This document shows, piece by piece, positions 37,389 to 47,568 of a stretch of DNA of 64,000 nucleotides (its first letter is position 1; the number at the start of each line of letters is the position of its first letter). The notes below the pieces were generated by a model. That model made no database searches and was not told the DNA's origin. It saw only the letters and a program-made list of their open reading frames with translations. The position numbers and the translations under genes are program-made. The stretch is from an uncultured virus (IMG/VR IMGVR_UViG_3300005611_000005) (Duplodnaviria; Heunggongvirae; Uroviricota; Caudoviricetes): IMG/VR virus record IMGVR_UViG_3300005611_000005; one strand, given 5' to 3'.

Positions 37389-37420
37389 TTTGGAAATTAG
37401 AAATGATTTTCATATATTAA
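37389..37420 (+). promoter_or_regulatory. Host-type promoter upstream of the SSB gene
   Basis: TTTG-N20-TATATTAA. Confidence 0.55.
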
Positions 37421-37474
37421 GGTTATGTTAGTCGTTGCATATGTATCTTGATTATTCCGGACACGTCACTTTAC

Positions 37475-37512
37475 ATTATCAATTGCTAATTATCAATTAC
37501 TTATTAACAATT
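37475..37512 (+). repeat. Three ATTA(T/A)CAATT repeats at a 14-nt period in the SSB leader
   Basis: Copies start at 37475, 37489 and 37503. Confidence 0.8.
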
Positions 37513-37525
37513 AAATTTTTACATT

Positions 37526-38311
37526 ATGGCTATTAACTTAGATGCTATCAAAGCAAAACTTCAATCGCTTCAAACGGTTACAAAAAAACAAGATAACCTT
37601 TGGAAACCTGAGCCAGGCTCGCAAGTAATTCGAATTGTTCCTTATCAGCACAACCGAGAAAATCCATTTATTGAACTTTACTTTCATTATAATTTTCAAG
37701 GTAAGTCAATTCTATCTCCTATGTCTTTTGGTCAACCTGATCCAATCGTTGAATTTGCTGAAAAGCTTAAATCAACTGGAAATTCAGATGATTGGAAAAT
37801 GGGTAAGAAATTAGAGCCGACAATGCGTTGCTACGTTCCAGTTTTAGTTCGTGGTAAAGAATCTGAAGGAGTAAAATTCTGGGGCTTTGGTAAAACTGTA
37901 TATCAAGAGCTTTTAGGATTTATTGCAGATCCTGATTACGGTGACATTACCGATCCAATGGCAGGTCGCGATATTACAGTAGAGTTTAAAACGAAAGATC
38001 AAACAGGAAAAGATTATCCTGAAACTTCAATTCGTATTAAACCTAATCAAACTCCAATCACTGATAACAAAGCAGTATTGGAAAAATTAGGTACGCAACC
38101 TAAAATTACTGAAGTATTCAAAGAATACACTTACGATGAAATGACTAAATTGTTAGAGCAATGGCTTAATCCTGAGTCTGAAGAAGCTACGGCCGAATCT
38201 GCTAAATCAGAGACTGCAGCTAAAGCTCCTGCAAAAAGTATGGATGGCGCAACTAACGCGGCGAGTGTTGATGACGTTGCATCTGCATTCGATTCTTTGT
38301 TCAACAAGTAA
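37526..38311 (+). CDS. Single-stranded DNA-binding protein (T4 gp32-like)
   Basis: WKP...IRIVP, YFHY, VKFWGFGKTVY, DITDP..GRD and an acidic tail. Confidence 0.88.
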   Translation: MAINLDAIKAKLQSLQTVTKKQDNLWKPEPGSQVIRIVPYQHNRENPFIELYFHYNFQGKSILSPMSFGQPDPIVEFAEKLKSTGNSDDWKMGKKLEPTMRCYVPVLVRGKESEGVKFWGFGKTVYQELLGFIADPDYGDITDPMAGRDITVEFKTKDQTGKDYPETSIRIKPNQTPITDNKAVLEKLGTQPKITEVFKEYTYDEMTKLLEQWLNPESEEATAESAKSETAAKAPAKSMDGATNAASVDDVASAFDSLFNK

Positions 38312-38337
38312 TTAATTAGCAACTTTATTTTTCAAAT

Positions 38338-39495
38338 ATGGCAAAAAAGTCAACAGTTGATCAAGAGACTGTATCTAATGACCTAGCAAATGTGCTAGCA
38401 GACAGTCTCAACAAAAAATTCAAGTCTACGAACTATAAAGTTGCGTATTTCTTGGAAGGTGATACAGATTCGCCATCAGATGTCAATGAATGGATATCGA
38501 CAGGATCTACTATGTTAGATTTAGCAATTTCCAATCGACCTAACGGAGGATTACCTGTTGGTCGAATTATTGAAATTACTGGATTAGAAGCATCAGGTAA
38601 ATCGTTATTAGCAGCTCATGCTTTAGCTAATACTCAGAAAAAAGGCGGTTTGGCAGTTTATATCGATACTGAAAATGCAGTTTCTCGAGAATTTCTAGAA
38701 GCTATTGGTATTGATTTAAAGGAAATGTTATACGTGCCTTTAGAAACTGTCGAAGACATTTTTGATGCTGTAGATTCCATTGTTGAAGCAGTTCGTAAAG
38801 GCTCAAAAGACAGGATCGTTACTATTGTAGTCGATTCTGTCGCTGGCGCATCGACGAAAGTTGAAATGGCAGCTGATTATGATAAAGATGGTTGGGCGAC
38901 TTCAAAAGCTATCATCTTATCAAAAGCAATGCGCAAAGTAACCAATTTTGTTGGCAGAGAGCGTATTTGTCTTATATTTACAAATCAGCTTCGAACTCGA
39001 TTAGGAGTATCCTTTGGAGACCCCTGGACTACTAGCGGCGGTAAAGCAATTGCATTTCACTCATCAGTTCGTTTACGTTTAAAGTCTGTAGGACAAATTA
39101 AACTTAAAGGAAGTTCCGGAAAGGATGAAATTTTAGGAATGACAACCCGAGCGCAGGTAATTAAAAATCGAATGGGCCCTCCTTTACGCAGTATAGATTA
39201 TGATATCTATTTTGACTCTGGTATTGACGATTTTGGATCTTGGTTAACGATGATGAAAGATTATGGATTGGTTTCGCAAGCCGGTGCATGGTATACATAC
39301 ACTGACACTGAAACAGGCGAAATAATCAAATTTCAATCTAAAGATTTCCGAGAAAAGATAATTGACAACCCAGAAATAAAAGCTCGAGTATATCAATTAC
39401 TTTGCGATAAATACATTTTAAACTACAAAGCCGGTGAAGATTTTGGTGTCGATGACATTGAAATTCAAACTGACTTTGATGGAGAAGAATCGTAA
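38338..39495 (+). CDS. uvsX: RecA/UvsX recombinase
   Basis: ISTGS, GRIIEITGLEASGKS, YIDTE, VVDSVA, NQLR and TSGGKA motifs. Confidence 0.95.
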   Translation: MAKKSTVDQETVSNDLANVLADSLNKKFKSTNYKVAYFLEGDTDSPSDVNEWISTGSTMLDLAISNRPNGGLPVGRIIEITGLEASGKSLLAAHALANTQKKGGLAVYIDTENAVSREFLEAIGIDLKEMLYVPLETVEDIFDAVDSIVEAVRKGSKDRIVTIVVDSVAGASTKVEMAADYDKDGWATSKAIILSKAMRKVTNFVGRERICLIFTNQLRTRLGVSFGDPWTTSGGKAIAFHSSVRLRLKSVGQIKLKGSSGKDEILGMTTRAQVIKNRMGPPLRSIDYDIYFDSGIDDFGSWLTMMKDYGLVSQAGAWYTYTDTETGEIIKFQSKDFREKIIDNPEIKARVYQLLCDKYILNYKAGEDFGVDDIEIQTDFDGEES

Positions 39496-40550
39496 TGAAA
39501 GGATACGCTGAGCTGTTACGACAAGTTCGCGAAGAACACGAGGCGAAGAGTTTAGGCCTGAACAAAAACGATAAAGTTTTAATTGTTGACGGTCTAAACT
39601 CTTTCATTCGTGTCTTTTCAGCGATGCCAATTGTAAATGATGATGGAGAACATTGTGCAGGATATATAGGCTTTCTTCGAAGCATTGGTGCTGTAATTCG
39701 TCAATTCAAGCCTACAAGATGTATTGTAGTATTTGATGGTAAAGGTGGTTCAGCACGACGCAAAAAGATGCATTCAGGATATAAAGAAGGTCGGTCAATG
39801 TCTACTAGATTCAAGCGACGTGAAGATGTCGGATATTTAACTGTTGAAGAAGAAATAGAATCAATGAAAAGGCAAATGGGTAAGCTGTCTGAATATTTAG
39901 AATGTTTACCTATTACAGTAATGTCTATTGATAATATCGAGGCAGATGATGCAATTGCATATTTAACTACTGAAGTATTTCGCCCAATAAACAGCGAAGT
40001 AATTATAATGTCAGATGACCGAGACTTTTTACAACTAATCGACTCGAAAGTTTCAGTATGGCGACCAGTAGAAAAGAAATTTTACAATCCTGAAGAAGTA
40101 GTAAAAAAGTTTGAAGTTCCGTCACATAACTTCATACATTATAAAATTTTTATGGGCGATTCTTCTGATAACATTAAAGGAATAAAAGGTATTGGAATTA
40201 AGACCTTGCAAGCTAAATTACCGTTGATTTTCGGTATGGATACGGTAAGCCTCGATGAAGTATTAGAGTATAGTTCGGCCCGACTCGATGAACATAAAAT
40301 CTACAAAACTATTGTAGATAGTCGTAGTACATTGGAACTTAATTGGAAATTGATGTCATTGGAAGATTTAGATATTTCAGCAAATTACAAGCGATTGATT
40401 GCAGAAATTGCCGATCATGAAATACCTAATTTAGACACATTCAATTTCAAGAAAATGTTTATGCAAGATAAATTGTATACAGTTATTCCTAATTTGGATA
40501 CATGGCTTGCAAATACATTTAATTCATTAGCAGCATTTTCAAGAAAATAA
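39495..40550 (+). CDS. 5'-3' exonuclease / T4 RNase H-like flap endonuclease
   Basis: LIVDGLN, VFDG, YK, EADDAIA, SDDRDF and GDSSDNIKGIKGIG motifs. Confidence 0.93.
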   Translation: MKGYAELLRQVREEHEAKSLGLNKNDKVLIVDGLNSFIRVFSAMPIVNDDGEHCAGYIGFLRSIGAVIRQFKPTRCIVVFDGKGGSARRKKMHSGYKEGRSMSTRFKRREDVGYLTVEEEIESMKRQMGKLSEYLECLPITVMSIDNIEADDAIAYLTTEVFRPINSEVIIMSDDRDFLQLIDSKVSVWRPVEKKFYNPEEVVKKFEVPSHNFIHYKIFMGDSSDNIKGIKGIGIKTLQAKLPLIFGMDTVSLDEVLEYSSARLDEHKIYKTIVDSRSTLELNWKLMSLEDLDISANYKRLIAEIADHEIPNLDTFNFKKMFMQDKLYTVIPNLDTWLANTFNSLAAFSRK

Positions 40551-40606
40551 TTTGTTTTCTGATATGTTTTTCATATAATATACATACAAAATAAAATGAA
40601 GTGTAG

Positions 40607-41968
40607 ATGGCAGATAAATTATCAAATTTTGGGCATAGTTTTCAGGTTAAAGTAATATCAGCACTTCTTACAGATAAAGCTTTTACTCAACAAGTTTCAG
40701 ATATTTTACTTCCTGATTTTTTCGAATCAGAAGCAAACGTTTGGATAGTTGATACAATTATTAAGTATTTTTACGAATATAAAACAGCTCCGACTTTAGA
40801 TGTATTTAAAATCAAAGTTCAGGATATATCAAGTGATGTACTTAAAACTTCAATCATTGAAATGCTTAAAGATGCATTTCGATATTTAGAATCTGAAGAT
40901 TTAGATTTCATCAAAGAGCAAACGTTAGATTTTTGCAAAAATCAATGTATTAAGCGAGCTATCTTAGATTCAGTTGAATTACTAAATAAAGGTCAATACG
41001 ATGCAATTAAGTCGACTATTGACATTGCTATGAAAGCTGGAGCTGATAAGGAAGTTGGTCATGAATATAACGAGTCAGTGCAAGATCGATATAAAGATAA
41101 TGTTAGATCAACTATAGCAACTCCATGGCCTGTTATCAACGATTTATCAGACGGTGGATTTGGTAAAGGAGAACTTGTAGTATTCGTTGCTCCAGCAGGA
41201 ATTGGAAAATCATGGGGACTCATCAATGTCGGCGCCCACGCTGTTAAACAAGGATTAAATGTAGTTCATTATACGTTAGAGTTAAATGAAGGATATGTAG
41301 GTCAGCGTTATGATGCTGTATTAACAGGTATTGCAAATCAAAATTTAAAGTTTAATTTAGATGAAGTTGAATCTACAGTGTCTAAATTAAAAGGTAATTT
41401 AGTAATCAAATACTATCCTACGAAAACAGCTTCATGTTCAACTATCAGAGCTCATATTGAAAAAATGATTCTTATAGGTAAAAAGCCTGACATTGTAATC
41501 GTTGACTATGCCGATTTATTACGAGGTGCAGTTTCTCGAAAAGAAATGAGACATGAATTAGAATCGATATATGAAGATCTTCGAGGCATTGCTGGTGAAT
41601 ATGAAGTTCCGTTATATACAGCTTCGCAAGCCAATAGATCAGCTCTGGAAATGGATGTTATTGAAGCAGATAAAATTTCTGAATCGTATTCAAAGATTAT
41701 GATTGCAGATTTCGTATTATCGCTATCTAGAAAAGTTACTGATAAAATAGCAGGTACAGGTCGTTGGCATATTATTAAAAATCGATTTGGCCCTGACGGA
41801 CTTACGTTACCTAGCAAAATGAATATGAGTAATGGGCAAATTCATATATATGAAGAAACGTCTGTCGAAGGTAAAGAAACTAAAACTTCAATGCAAACTG
41901 GTGAAGAGCTATTAAAGAAATCTTTATCTCAAAAATATAAAGAAATCCAGGGCAATACTTTTGGTTAG
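40607..41968 (+). CDS. Replicative DnaB-like helicase (T4 gp41-like)
   Basis: APAGIGKS, YTLEL, IVDYADL, TASQANR and KNRFG motifs. Confidence 0.93.
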   Translation: MADKLSNFGHSFQVKVISALLTDKAFTQQVSDILLPDFFESEANVWIVDTIIKYFYEYKTAPTLDVFKIKVQDISSDVLKTSIIEMLKDAFRYLESEDLDFIKEQTLDFCKNQCIKRAILDSVELLNKGQYDAIKSTIDIAMKAGADKEVGHEYNESVQDRYKDNVRSTIATPWPVINDLSDGGFGKGELVVFVAPAGIGKSWGLINVGAHAVKQGLNVVHYTLELNEGYVGQRYDAVLTGIANQNLKFNLDEVESTVSKLKGNLVIKYYPTKTASCSTIRAHIEKMILIGKKPDIVIVDYADLLRGAVSRKEMRHELESIYEDLRGIAGEYEVPLYTASQANRSALEMDVIEADKISESYSKIMIADFVLSLSRKVTDKIAGTGRWHIIKNRFGPDGLTLPSKMNMSNGQIHIYEETSVEGKETKTSMQTGEELLKKSLSQKYKEIQGNTFG

Positions 41969-42021
41969 AGAATATTTATTAATCCGAAAGGGTCTTTAGT
42001 TAACATTTTAAAATTATTTTT

Positions 42022-43878
42022 ATGGAAATTTCAAACAGAATACTTTCTGACATTACCGTTTACATGAAATACGCACGGTACATGCCAGATTTACAACGCA
42101 GAGAAAGTTGGAATGAATTGGTTACTCGAAACAAAAATATGCATTTGAAAAAGTATCCTCAGTTAGCAAATGAAATTGAGCATGCTTATACATATGTATA
42201 TGATAAAAAAATTCTACCTTCAATGAGATCTTTACAATTTGGAGGTAAGCCAATTGAAATATCTCCTAACCGAATTTACAATTGCGCATATTTACCAATT
42301 GACGATTGGAGAGCTTTTGGTGAGACAATGTTTTTATTGCTAGGTGGTACTGGTGTCGGATATTCAGTACAAAAGCATCATGTTGAAAAATTACCTGAAA
42401 TACGAAAACCAAATGCAAATAAACATAGAAGATTTTTAGTTGCAGATTCAATTGAAGGATGGGCTGATGCAGTTAAAATGTTAATGAAATCGTACTTTCA
42501 AGGTGGGTCGACAATCAACTTTGATTTTTCAGATATACGACCAAAAGGAGCGCAATTGATAACTTCAGGAGGTAAAGCACCTGGTCCAGCTCCGTTACGA
42601 GAATGTCTAGTAAAAATTCAAGGAATTTTAGAATCTAAACGAGACAATGATAAATTATCTCCTATTGAAGTACATGATATTGTATGTCATATTGCAGATG
42701 CAGTATTGGCTGGAGGTATTCGCAGAGCAGCTCTTATCTCACTATTCAGTGCAGATGACGATGACATGATTGCATGTAAATCTGGAAATTGGTGGGAAGG
42801 AAATGCGCAAAGAGGTAGAGCTAACAATTCAGCAGTATTGCTTCGAAATAAAATTACCAAAGACTTTTTCTTGAATTTATGGAAAAAGATAGAAGCGTCA
42901 GGAGCTGGTGAACCAGGTATTTATTTATCAAATGATAAAGATTGGGGAACCAATCCATGTTGTGAAATTGCGCTTCGTCCATTCCAATTCTGTAACTTAT
43001 GTGAAGTAAATGTATCTGATATTGTATCGCAAGAAGATTTAAATGACAGAGTTCGCGCTGCTGCATTTGTAGGAACGCTTCAGGCAGGATATACAGATTT
43101 TCATTATCTTCGTCCTATTTGGAAACGCACTACCGAAAAAGATGCATTAATTGGAGTAGGCATGACAGGTATTGGATCAGGTAAAGCTCAACAATATGAT
43201 TTGCGTCAAGCTGCAAAGCTAGCTGTTGAAGAAAATGCTCGAGTTGCAGAGTTAATTGGAATTAACCAATCAGCTCGTTGCACGACTATTAAACCTTCAG
43301 GTACATCTTCTTTAGTATTAGGTACGTCATCAGGTATACATGCCTGGCACAATGATTATTATATTCGTCGAATTCGAGTAGGTAAGAATGAATCGATATA
43401 TACATATCTATTAGAAAATCATCCTGAGCTCGTTGAAGATGAATATTTCAGACCACATGATACTGCAGTAATTTCTGTACCACAAAAAGCTCCAGAAGGG
43501 TCGATTTTAAGACATGAATCTGCATTGGAATTGTTAGAACGAGTAAAGCATTTCAACAGAGAATGGGTAAAGACAGGTCATAATAATGGACAAAATACTC
43601 ATAACATTTCAGCTACTGTATCAATCAAGCCTGAAGAATGGGAAATGGTTGGTGAATGGATGTGGGAGAACCGTAAATTTTATAACGGATTATCAGTATT
43701 ACCTTATAATGGAGGAAGTTATACGCAAGCTCCTTTTGAAGACTGTACAGCCGATGTATATGAAGATATGATGTCGTCTTTACATAATATCGATTTAAAT
43801 AATGTACATGAAATTACAGATAATACCGATTTATCTGGCGAAATTGCATGTGGAGCTGATGGATGTGTAATTGTATGA
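42022..43878 (+). CDS. nrdJ: Class II (adenosylcobalamin-dependent) ribonucleotide reductase
   Basis: LPSMR, YNC, RRAALI, TNPCCEI, TIKPSGT and a C-terminal CxxxxC; no nrdB in the window. Confidence 0.88.
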   Translation: MEISNRILSDITVYMKYARYMPDLQRRESWNELVTRNKNMHLKKYPQLANEIEHAYTYVYDKKILPSMRSLQFGGKPIEISPNRIYNCAYLPIDDWRAFGETMFLLLGGTGVGYSVQKHHVEKLPEIRKPNANKHRRFLVADSIEGWADAVKMLMKSYFQGGSTINFDFSDIRPKGAQLITSGGKAPGPAPLRECLVKIQGILESKRDNDKLSPIEVHDIVCHIADAVLAGGIRRAALISLFSADDDDMIACKSGNWWEGNAQRGRANNSAVLLRNKITKDFFLNLWKKIEASGAGEPGIYLSNDKDWGTNPCCEIALRPFQFCNLCEVNVSDIVSQEDLNDRVRAAAFVGTLQAGYTDFHYLRPIWKRTTEKDALIGVGMTGIGSGKAQQYDLRQAAKLAVEENARVAELIGINQSARCTTIKPSGTSSLVLGTSSGIHAWHNDYYIRRIRVGKNESIYTYLLENHPELVEDEYFRPHDTAVISVPQKAPEGSILRHESALELLERVKHFNREWVKTGHNNGQNTHNISATVSIKPEEWEMVGEWMWENRKFYNGLSVLPYNGGSYTQAPFEDCTADVYEDMMSSLHNIDLNNVHEITDNTDLSGEIACGADGCVIV

Positions 43879-44114
43879 TAAATTCAAAAGATTGGATCTT
43901 TCAACAGTATGTTCAGGAACTATCTAAAAAGTCCGAAAGGAATTCTTTGAACTATTATATGGAAAACGGACGGTTGGTCATGACCGAGCAGCATCACATT
44001 AATCGAGGTAGCTGTTGCGGCTCTGGCTGCCGTCACTGTCCATATAGTCCTAAACATACAAAAGGAAATTCGCAACTTCAAGATATTTATTTGAAAGAAA
44101 AGAATGAAATTTGA
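43875..44114 (+). CDS. Small Cys-rich protein (DUF5522-like)
   Basis: RGSCCGSGCRHCPY; the ATG at 43875 overlaps the nrdJ stop. Confidence 0.7.
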   Translation: MINSKDWIFQQYVQELSKKSERNSLNYYMENGRLVMTEQHHINRGSCCGSGCRHCPYSPKHTKGNSQLQDIYLKEKNEI

Positions 44115-44901
44115 AGTACGAGGATATTATCACCCAACCGAGGCTTTTGCGACTATACCTGAATGGGAAGCCGTTGCGAAACAATTTTTAGAATTGCAAA
44201 AGAATGGATACGACACTCGCGGTGGAAAAATAGATGCAAATACCAAATTGGTATCGCTAATTAATCGTTGGTTCAAATATCAATTGTATGTAGAAACGCA
44301 ACGATATGATCTGCTTACTCAAAAGAATGTTTTAGATTTCATTGAAGATTTTGTAAACCATCGAGTATGGCAACTTCGTAATGAATTTAAAGAGTACTTT
44401 CGAGAAGATGGTGGAGAGTCATTTATCAATGACATTCGAATTGCATTCTTTTATTCTCGCGGCGACATGGAACCGTTTGTATTGTTAGATGATGAATTTA
44501 CAGATGATGTATATGATACCAATAATCATATAGTAACGACATTACATTGGACTTCAGAGCAAGGATTGAAAAATTTACAAGATTCTATTGACAATGGAGG
44601 TACGTATGCCATATCTACATTTACTAAACAATATAAAAAGTTTTTCCGACCTGAATCCAATTATTTAGTAAAGATTCGTGGAAAGTTAATTGCCGCGTTT
44701 AAATCTGACGTAAAATCAATTGTTACGGACACAGGAGATCGCGCGGCGAATATGTATCGGTTAGGTCATCCTGAAGGAGAGCCGAATTTATGTCAATCGA
44801 CTTCATTATGCTCGGATTCAGATAAATCTACATATTTATGGAATGAAATAATTGTTCGTCCTGTTGAAATTTTAAGTTATTCTAAAATAGTATCGTATTA
44901 A
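44104..44901 (+). CDS. Hypothetical protein, possible ADP-ribosyltransferase fold
   Basis: Ordered LHWT...ISTFT...NEIIV pattern; motif at 44083 upstream. Confidence 0.5.
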   Translation: MKFEVRGYYHPTEAFATIPEWEAVAKQFLELQKNGYDTRGGKIDANTKLVSLINRWFKYQLYVETQRYDLLTQKNVLDFIEDFVNHRVWQLRNEFKEYFREDGGESFINDIRIAFFYSRGDMEPFVLLDDEFTDDVYDTNNHIVTTLHWTSEQGLKNLQDSIDNGGTYAISTFTKQYKKFFRPESNYLVKIRGKLIAAFKSDVKSIVTDTGDRAANMYRLGHPEGEPNLCQSTSLCSDSDKSTYLWNEIIVRPVEILSYSKIVSY

Positions 44902-44904
44902 TGT

Positions 44905-45045
44905 ATGTCTTATATCAAAATAGATTTTTGGATCATCGATGACGATTATTATGAAGGTCGCATTAAAAATCGTCGAGGTCGAATTAAAACAGCCGATGCA
45001 AGAGAATTAGGTGAATTAATATACAAATTATTTTTGTTATATTAA
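44905..45045 (+). CDS. Small 46-aa ORF absent from the ORF track
   Basis: MSYIKIDFWIIDDDYYEGRIKNRRGRIKTADARELGELIYKLFLLY fills the gap between genes. Confidence 0.4.
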   Translation: MSYIKIDFWIIDDDYYEGRIKNRRGRIKTADARELGELIYKLFLLY

Positions 45046-45064
45046 CTTATTTTTCATATATTTG
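45033..45064 (+). promoter_or_regulatory. Consensus Bacteroidota housekeeping promoter
   Basis: TTTG(45033)-N20-TATATTTG(45057), an exact -33/-7 consensus. Confidence 0.7.
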
Positions 45065-45085
45065 CGTTATTAAATTTTAAACTTT

Positions 45086-45355
45086 ATGAATATATTATAT
45101 TTCAGTGCAACCTGGTGCGGTCCGTGTAAAGCTATCAAACCTAAATTTGAAAAGTTTGTAGAACAAATGGGCGATAGAGTTAGTGTTGCGCATATTGACG
45201 TAGACTCAGATCCTAGAACTTCTTTGTATAGCGTTCGTTCCGTACCTACTTTCGTCTTTTTGAAAGATGGAAAGGAAGTTGAGCGAGTTGTAGGAGGAAA
45301 TGCTTCAATGGATAAATTTGTTAAAATTGTAGAAAATTATGAAACTCAAGATTAA
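45086..45355 (+). CDS. trxA: Thioredoxin
   Basis: FSATWCGPCK and VRSVPT motifs. Confidence 0.93.
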   Translation: MNILYFSATWCGPCKAIKPKFEKFVEQMGDRVSVAHIDVDSDPRTSLYSVRSVPTFVFLKDGKEVERVVGGNASMDKFVKIVENYETQD

Positions 45356-45872
45356 ACGACTGCACCCAGATGCTGTGCTACCTTCATATGCCAAACCAGG
45401 CGATGCTGGATTAGATTTAACGGCTACTTCTTTAAGTATATCTGAAGATGGATTGTATGTAGAATATGGAACTGGTATTGCCGTTGAAATTCCAGAAGGG
45501 CATGTAGGTTTGATTTTTCCTAGGTCGTCAATATCTAAAACTTCTATGATTTTATCAAATCATGTAGGAGTTATCGATTCAGGATATCGTGGAGAAATTC
45601 GTTTTCGATTTAAAGATTTAGAGCTAGATACCAGGGAATTTGAATCGGATATATTGAATCGAGTACAGGAACTTCGAAATCATAAAAATTTAAACAAATT
45701 AACTGGACCTAAAGACAATGTCGTTTGGGTCGCGTCAGATACTTCCTATTTAATTGGCGATAAAATTGGCCAGTTAATTGTAATTCCATATCCTCAAATT
45801 GAAATTGAAGAAGTAGATGAATTAACTGAAACAGAACGAGGCGAAGGTGGATTTGGATCTACAGGTAATTAA
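45339..45872 (+). CDS. dut: Trimeric dUTPase
   Basis: AGLDL, PRSS, GVIDSGYRGE, GQL and RGEGGFGSTG motifs; insertion before motif 4. Confidence 0.95.
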   Translation: MKLKIKRLHPDAVLPSYAKPGDAGLDLTATSLSISEDGLYVEYGTGIAVEIPEGHVGLIFPRSSISKTSMILSNHVGVIDSGYRGEIRFRFKDLELDTREFESDILNRVQELRNHKNLNKLTGPKDNVVWVASDTSYLIGDKIGQLIVIPYPQIEIEEVDELTETERGEGGFGSTGN

Positions 45873-45893
45873 CAATTAATATATTTATTTAAA

Positions 45894-47186
45894 ATGATTG
45901 ATATTGATTCTATACTATTAGAATGGAGCGTTAGATGTGAAAAAGGATATCCTGACATCAACAATTCAGCCGATTGGCAAATTTTAAATGAAATAATGGC
46001 AGAGAAAAATTATTCATTATCTGAAATAATTTCATCACCTGAATCTAACCATTTAGTTAATGAAGATGACGCACGTATACCGGGCGAATTAAATAATTTT
46101 TATAATGCACTTCCAGAAGAGAAGCGACCCGAGTTTGTCGAGTTTATAGAGAATATGCCTAAAAACTTATTAAACTCATTTAAACAAGGGTTTAACAAAC
46201 TAACGCCAGACGAAATAACAAAAGCGGTAAAAGCATTTAAAAGTTTAGACTCTGTTGAAAATTTAAATAATCAAAACTACAAAGAATATCAGTTTATATG
46301 GGATATTTTTGTACCTCAAGCGATTGGCAACGGCGAATTGTATATTTCATTTATGGTTAAAAATGCAGTAGTGCAAGGGTCATCCGAATCATTTGACATT
46401 GACGATAACGGAAAACGATATGAAGTTAAATCATTAGATGTGCTTGAAACTGAATCAGGCAAAACTAAGATAGGCGTTATACGTCCAGGAACAGAAGGTA
46501 AAGTTGATAGACATTCATATTTTACTAATCCATTAACTTCATTAGCGTCGATTATTTATAACTTGCAAGATGAAAGTTTAAAATCTAGTATATTAGCGTT
46601 AGGAGACCCTGATAAAATGGAAACTATATTAGATATTATTAACAAGACTTCAGTAGTAAGACCTAAGGCTGGTGAGTTAATTTCTGAAAATCCAGGAAAT
46701 GTAGCTACAACGTTACTTAATGGTTTATACAAAGCTGCAGTCGAATTAAACAAAGAAAGTAAAGACGCGTTACGAAAAGACATTACTACGTCTCGAATTA
46801 GTATAAACAGTGCTACTACAAAGGCTACTTATTGGGTTACTGATCAAGAAATTAAAGATATAATAGCGTCTTCTGAATCTGGCAAGCCGGTAAGTATTAA
46901 AGTTGGAGTTGCTGTTAATGACGAAACAAAAGATGCAAAATCTTTGTTAGTTGATTTATTTAATCATCCATTTGTCAAAAATCCTGACCTGTTTATCGAA
47001 GGTTTAAATAAAATTAAAGAAACATTTATTACTAATAAAGATGGATTAGTATATTTTCTTCAAGGTAAAACTCTTATGTCTAAAGACATGTCTGAATTTG
47101 CAACTGTCGAGTCTTCTATGGGCGGGTATCGATTTGGATTAAAAACGAAATATAAGAAATATGAAATTGTTACAAAACAAACGTAA
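45894..47186 (+). CDS. Putative PD-(D/E)XK nuclease with a head-protein-like leader
   Basis: GNGE...FDI...YEVKS core; N-terminal ILLEW, ILNE, LSE and VNE sites; motif at 45881 upstream. Confidence 0.5.
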   Translation: MIDIDSILLEWSVRCEKGYPDINNSADWQILNEIMAEKNYSLSEIISSPESNHLVNEDDARIPGELNNFYNALPEEKRPEFVEFIENMPKNLLNSFKQGFNKLTPDEITKAVKAFKSLDSVENLNNQNYKEYQFIWDIFVPQAIGNGELYISFMVKNAVVQGSSESFDIDDNGKRYEVKSLDVLETESGKTKIGVIRPGTEGKVDRHSYFTNPLTSLASIIYNLQDESLKSSILALGDPDKMETILDIINKTSVVRPKAGELISENPGNVATTLLNGLYKAAVELNKESKDALRKDITTSRISINSATTKATYWVTDQEIKDIIASSESGKPVSIKVGVAVNDETKDAKSLLVDLFNHPFVKNPDLFIEGLNKIKETFITNKDGLVYFLQGKTLMSKDMSEFATVESSMGGYRFGLKTKYKKYEIVTKQT

Positions 47187-47282
47187 TTGAAAAATTTGGT
47201 TCTTTAAAATTTTCTTCTTATATTTATTAAATAATTTGTTTATTAGCAAATTAATTCATATATTTAATTAAAATAAAAAGTT

Positions 47283-47567
47283 ATGCCACCTGAAACAAAG
47301 AAACGCACTACAAGAACAGCTCGATCAAAAAACAATAACATTGCTACGTTTGTCGACGCAGTAACGCCTGAGCCTAAGTTAGTAACTGAAAATTTTATTG
47401 ATATAGTTAAATTAACTACTTATCTTAAAACTGCTAAAGATGCTGAAAAGCAATTAGTAGAACATTTAGTTGATATCGTTCTATCTTGCAATAAACAAGA
47501 AGAATTTTTATCTACTGGAGAGCGAATTGCATTTAATACTTTGCGTAAATTGCAAATTTTATATTAA
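47283..47567 (+). CDS. Hypothetical protein
   Basis: 94-aa ORF after two tandem host-type promoters (47195, 47235). Confidence 0.55.
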   Translation: MPPETKKRTTRTARSKNNNIATFVDAVTPEPKLVTENFIDIVKLTTYLKTAKDAEKQLVEHLVDIVLSCNKQEEFLSTGERIAFNTLRKLQILY

Positions 47568-47568
47568 T

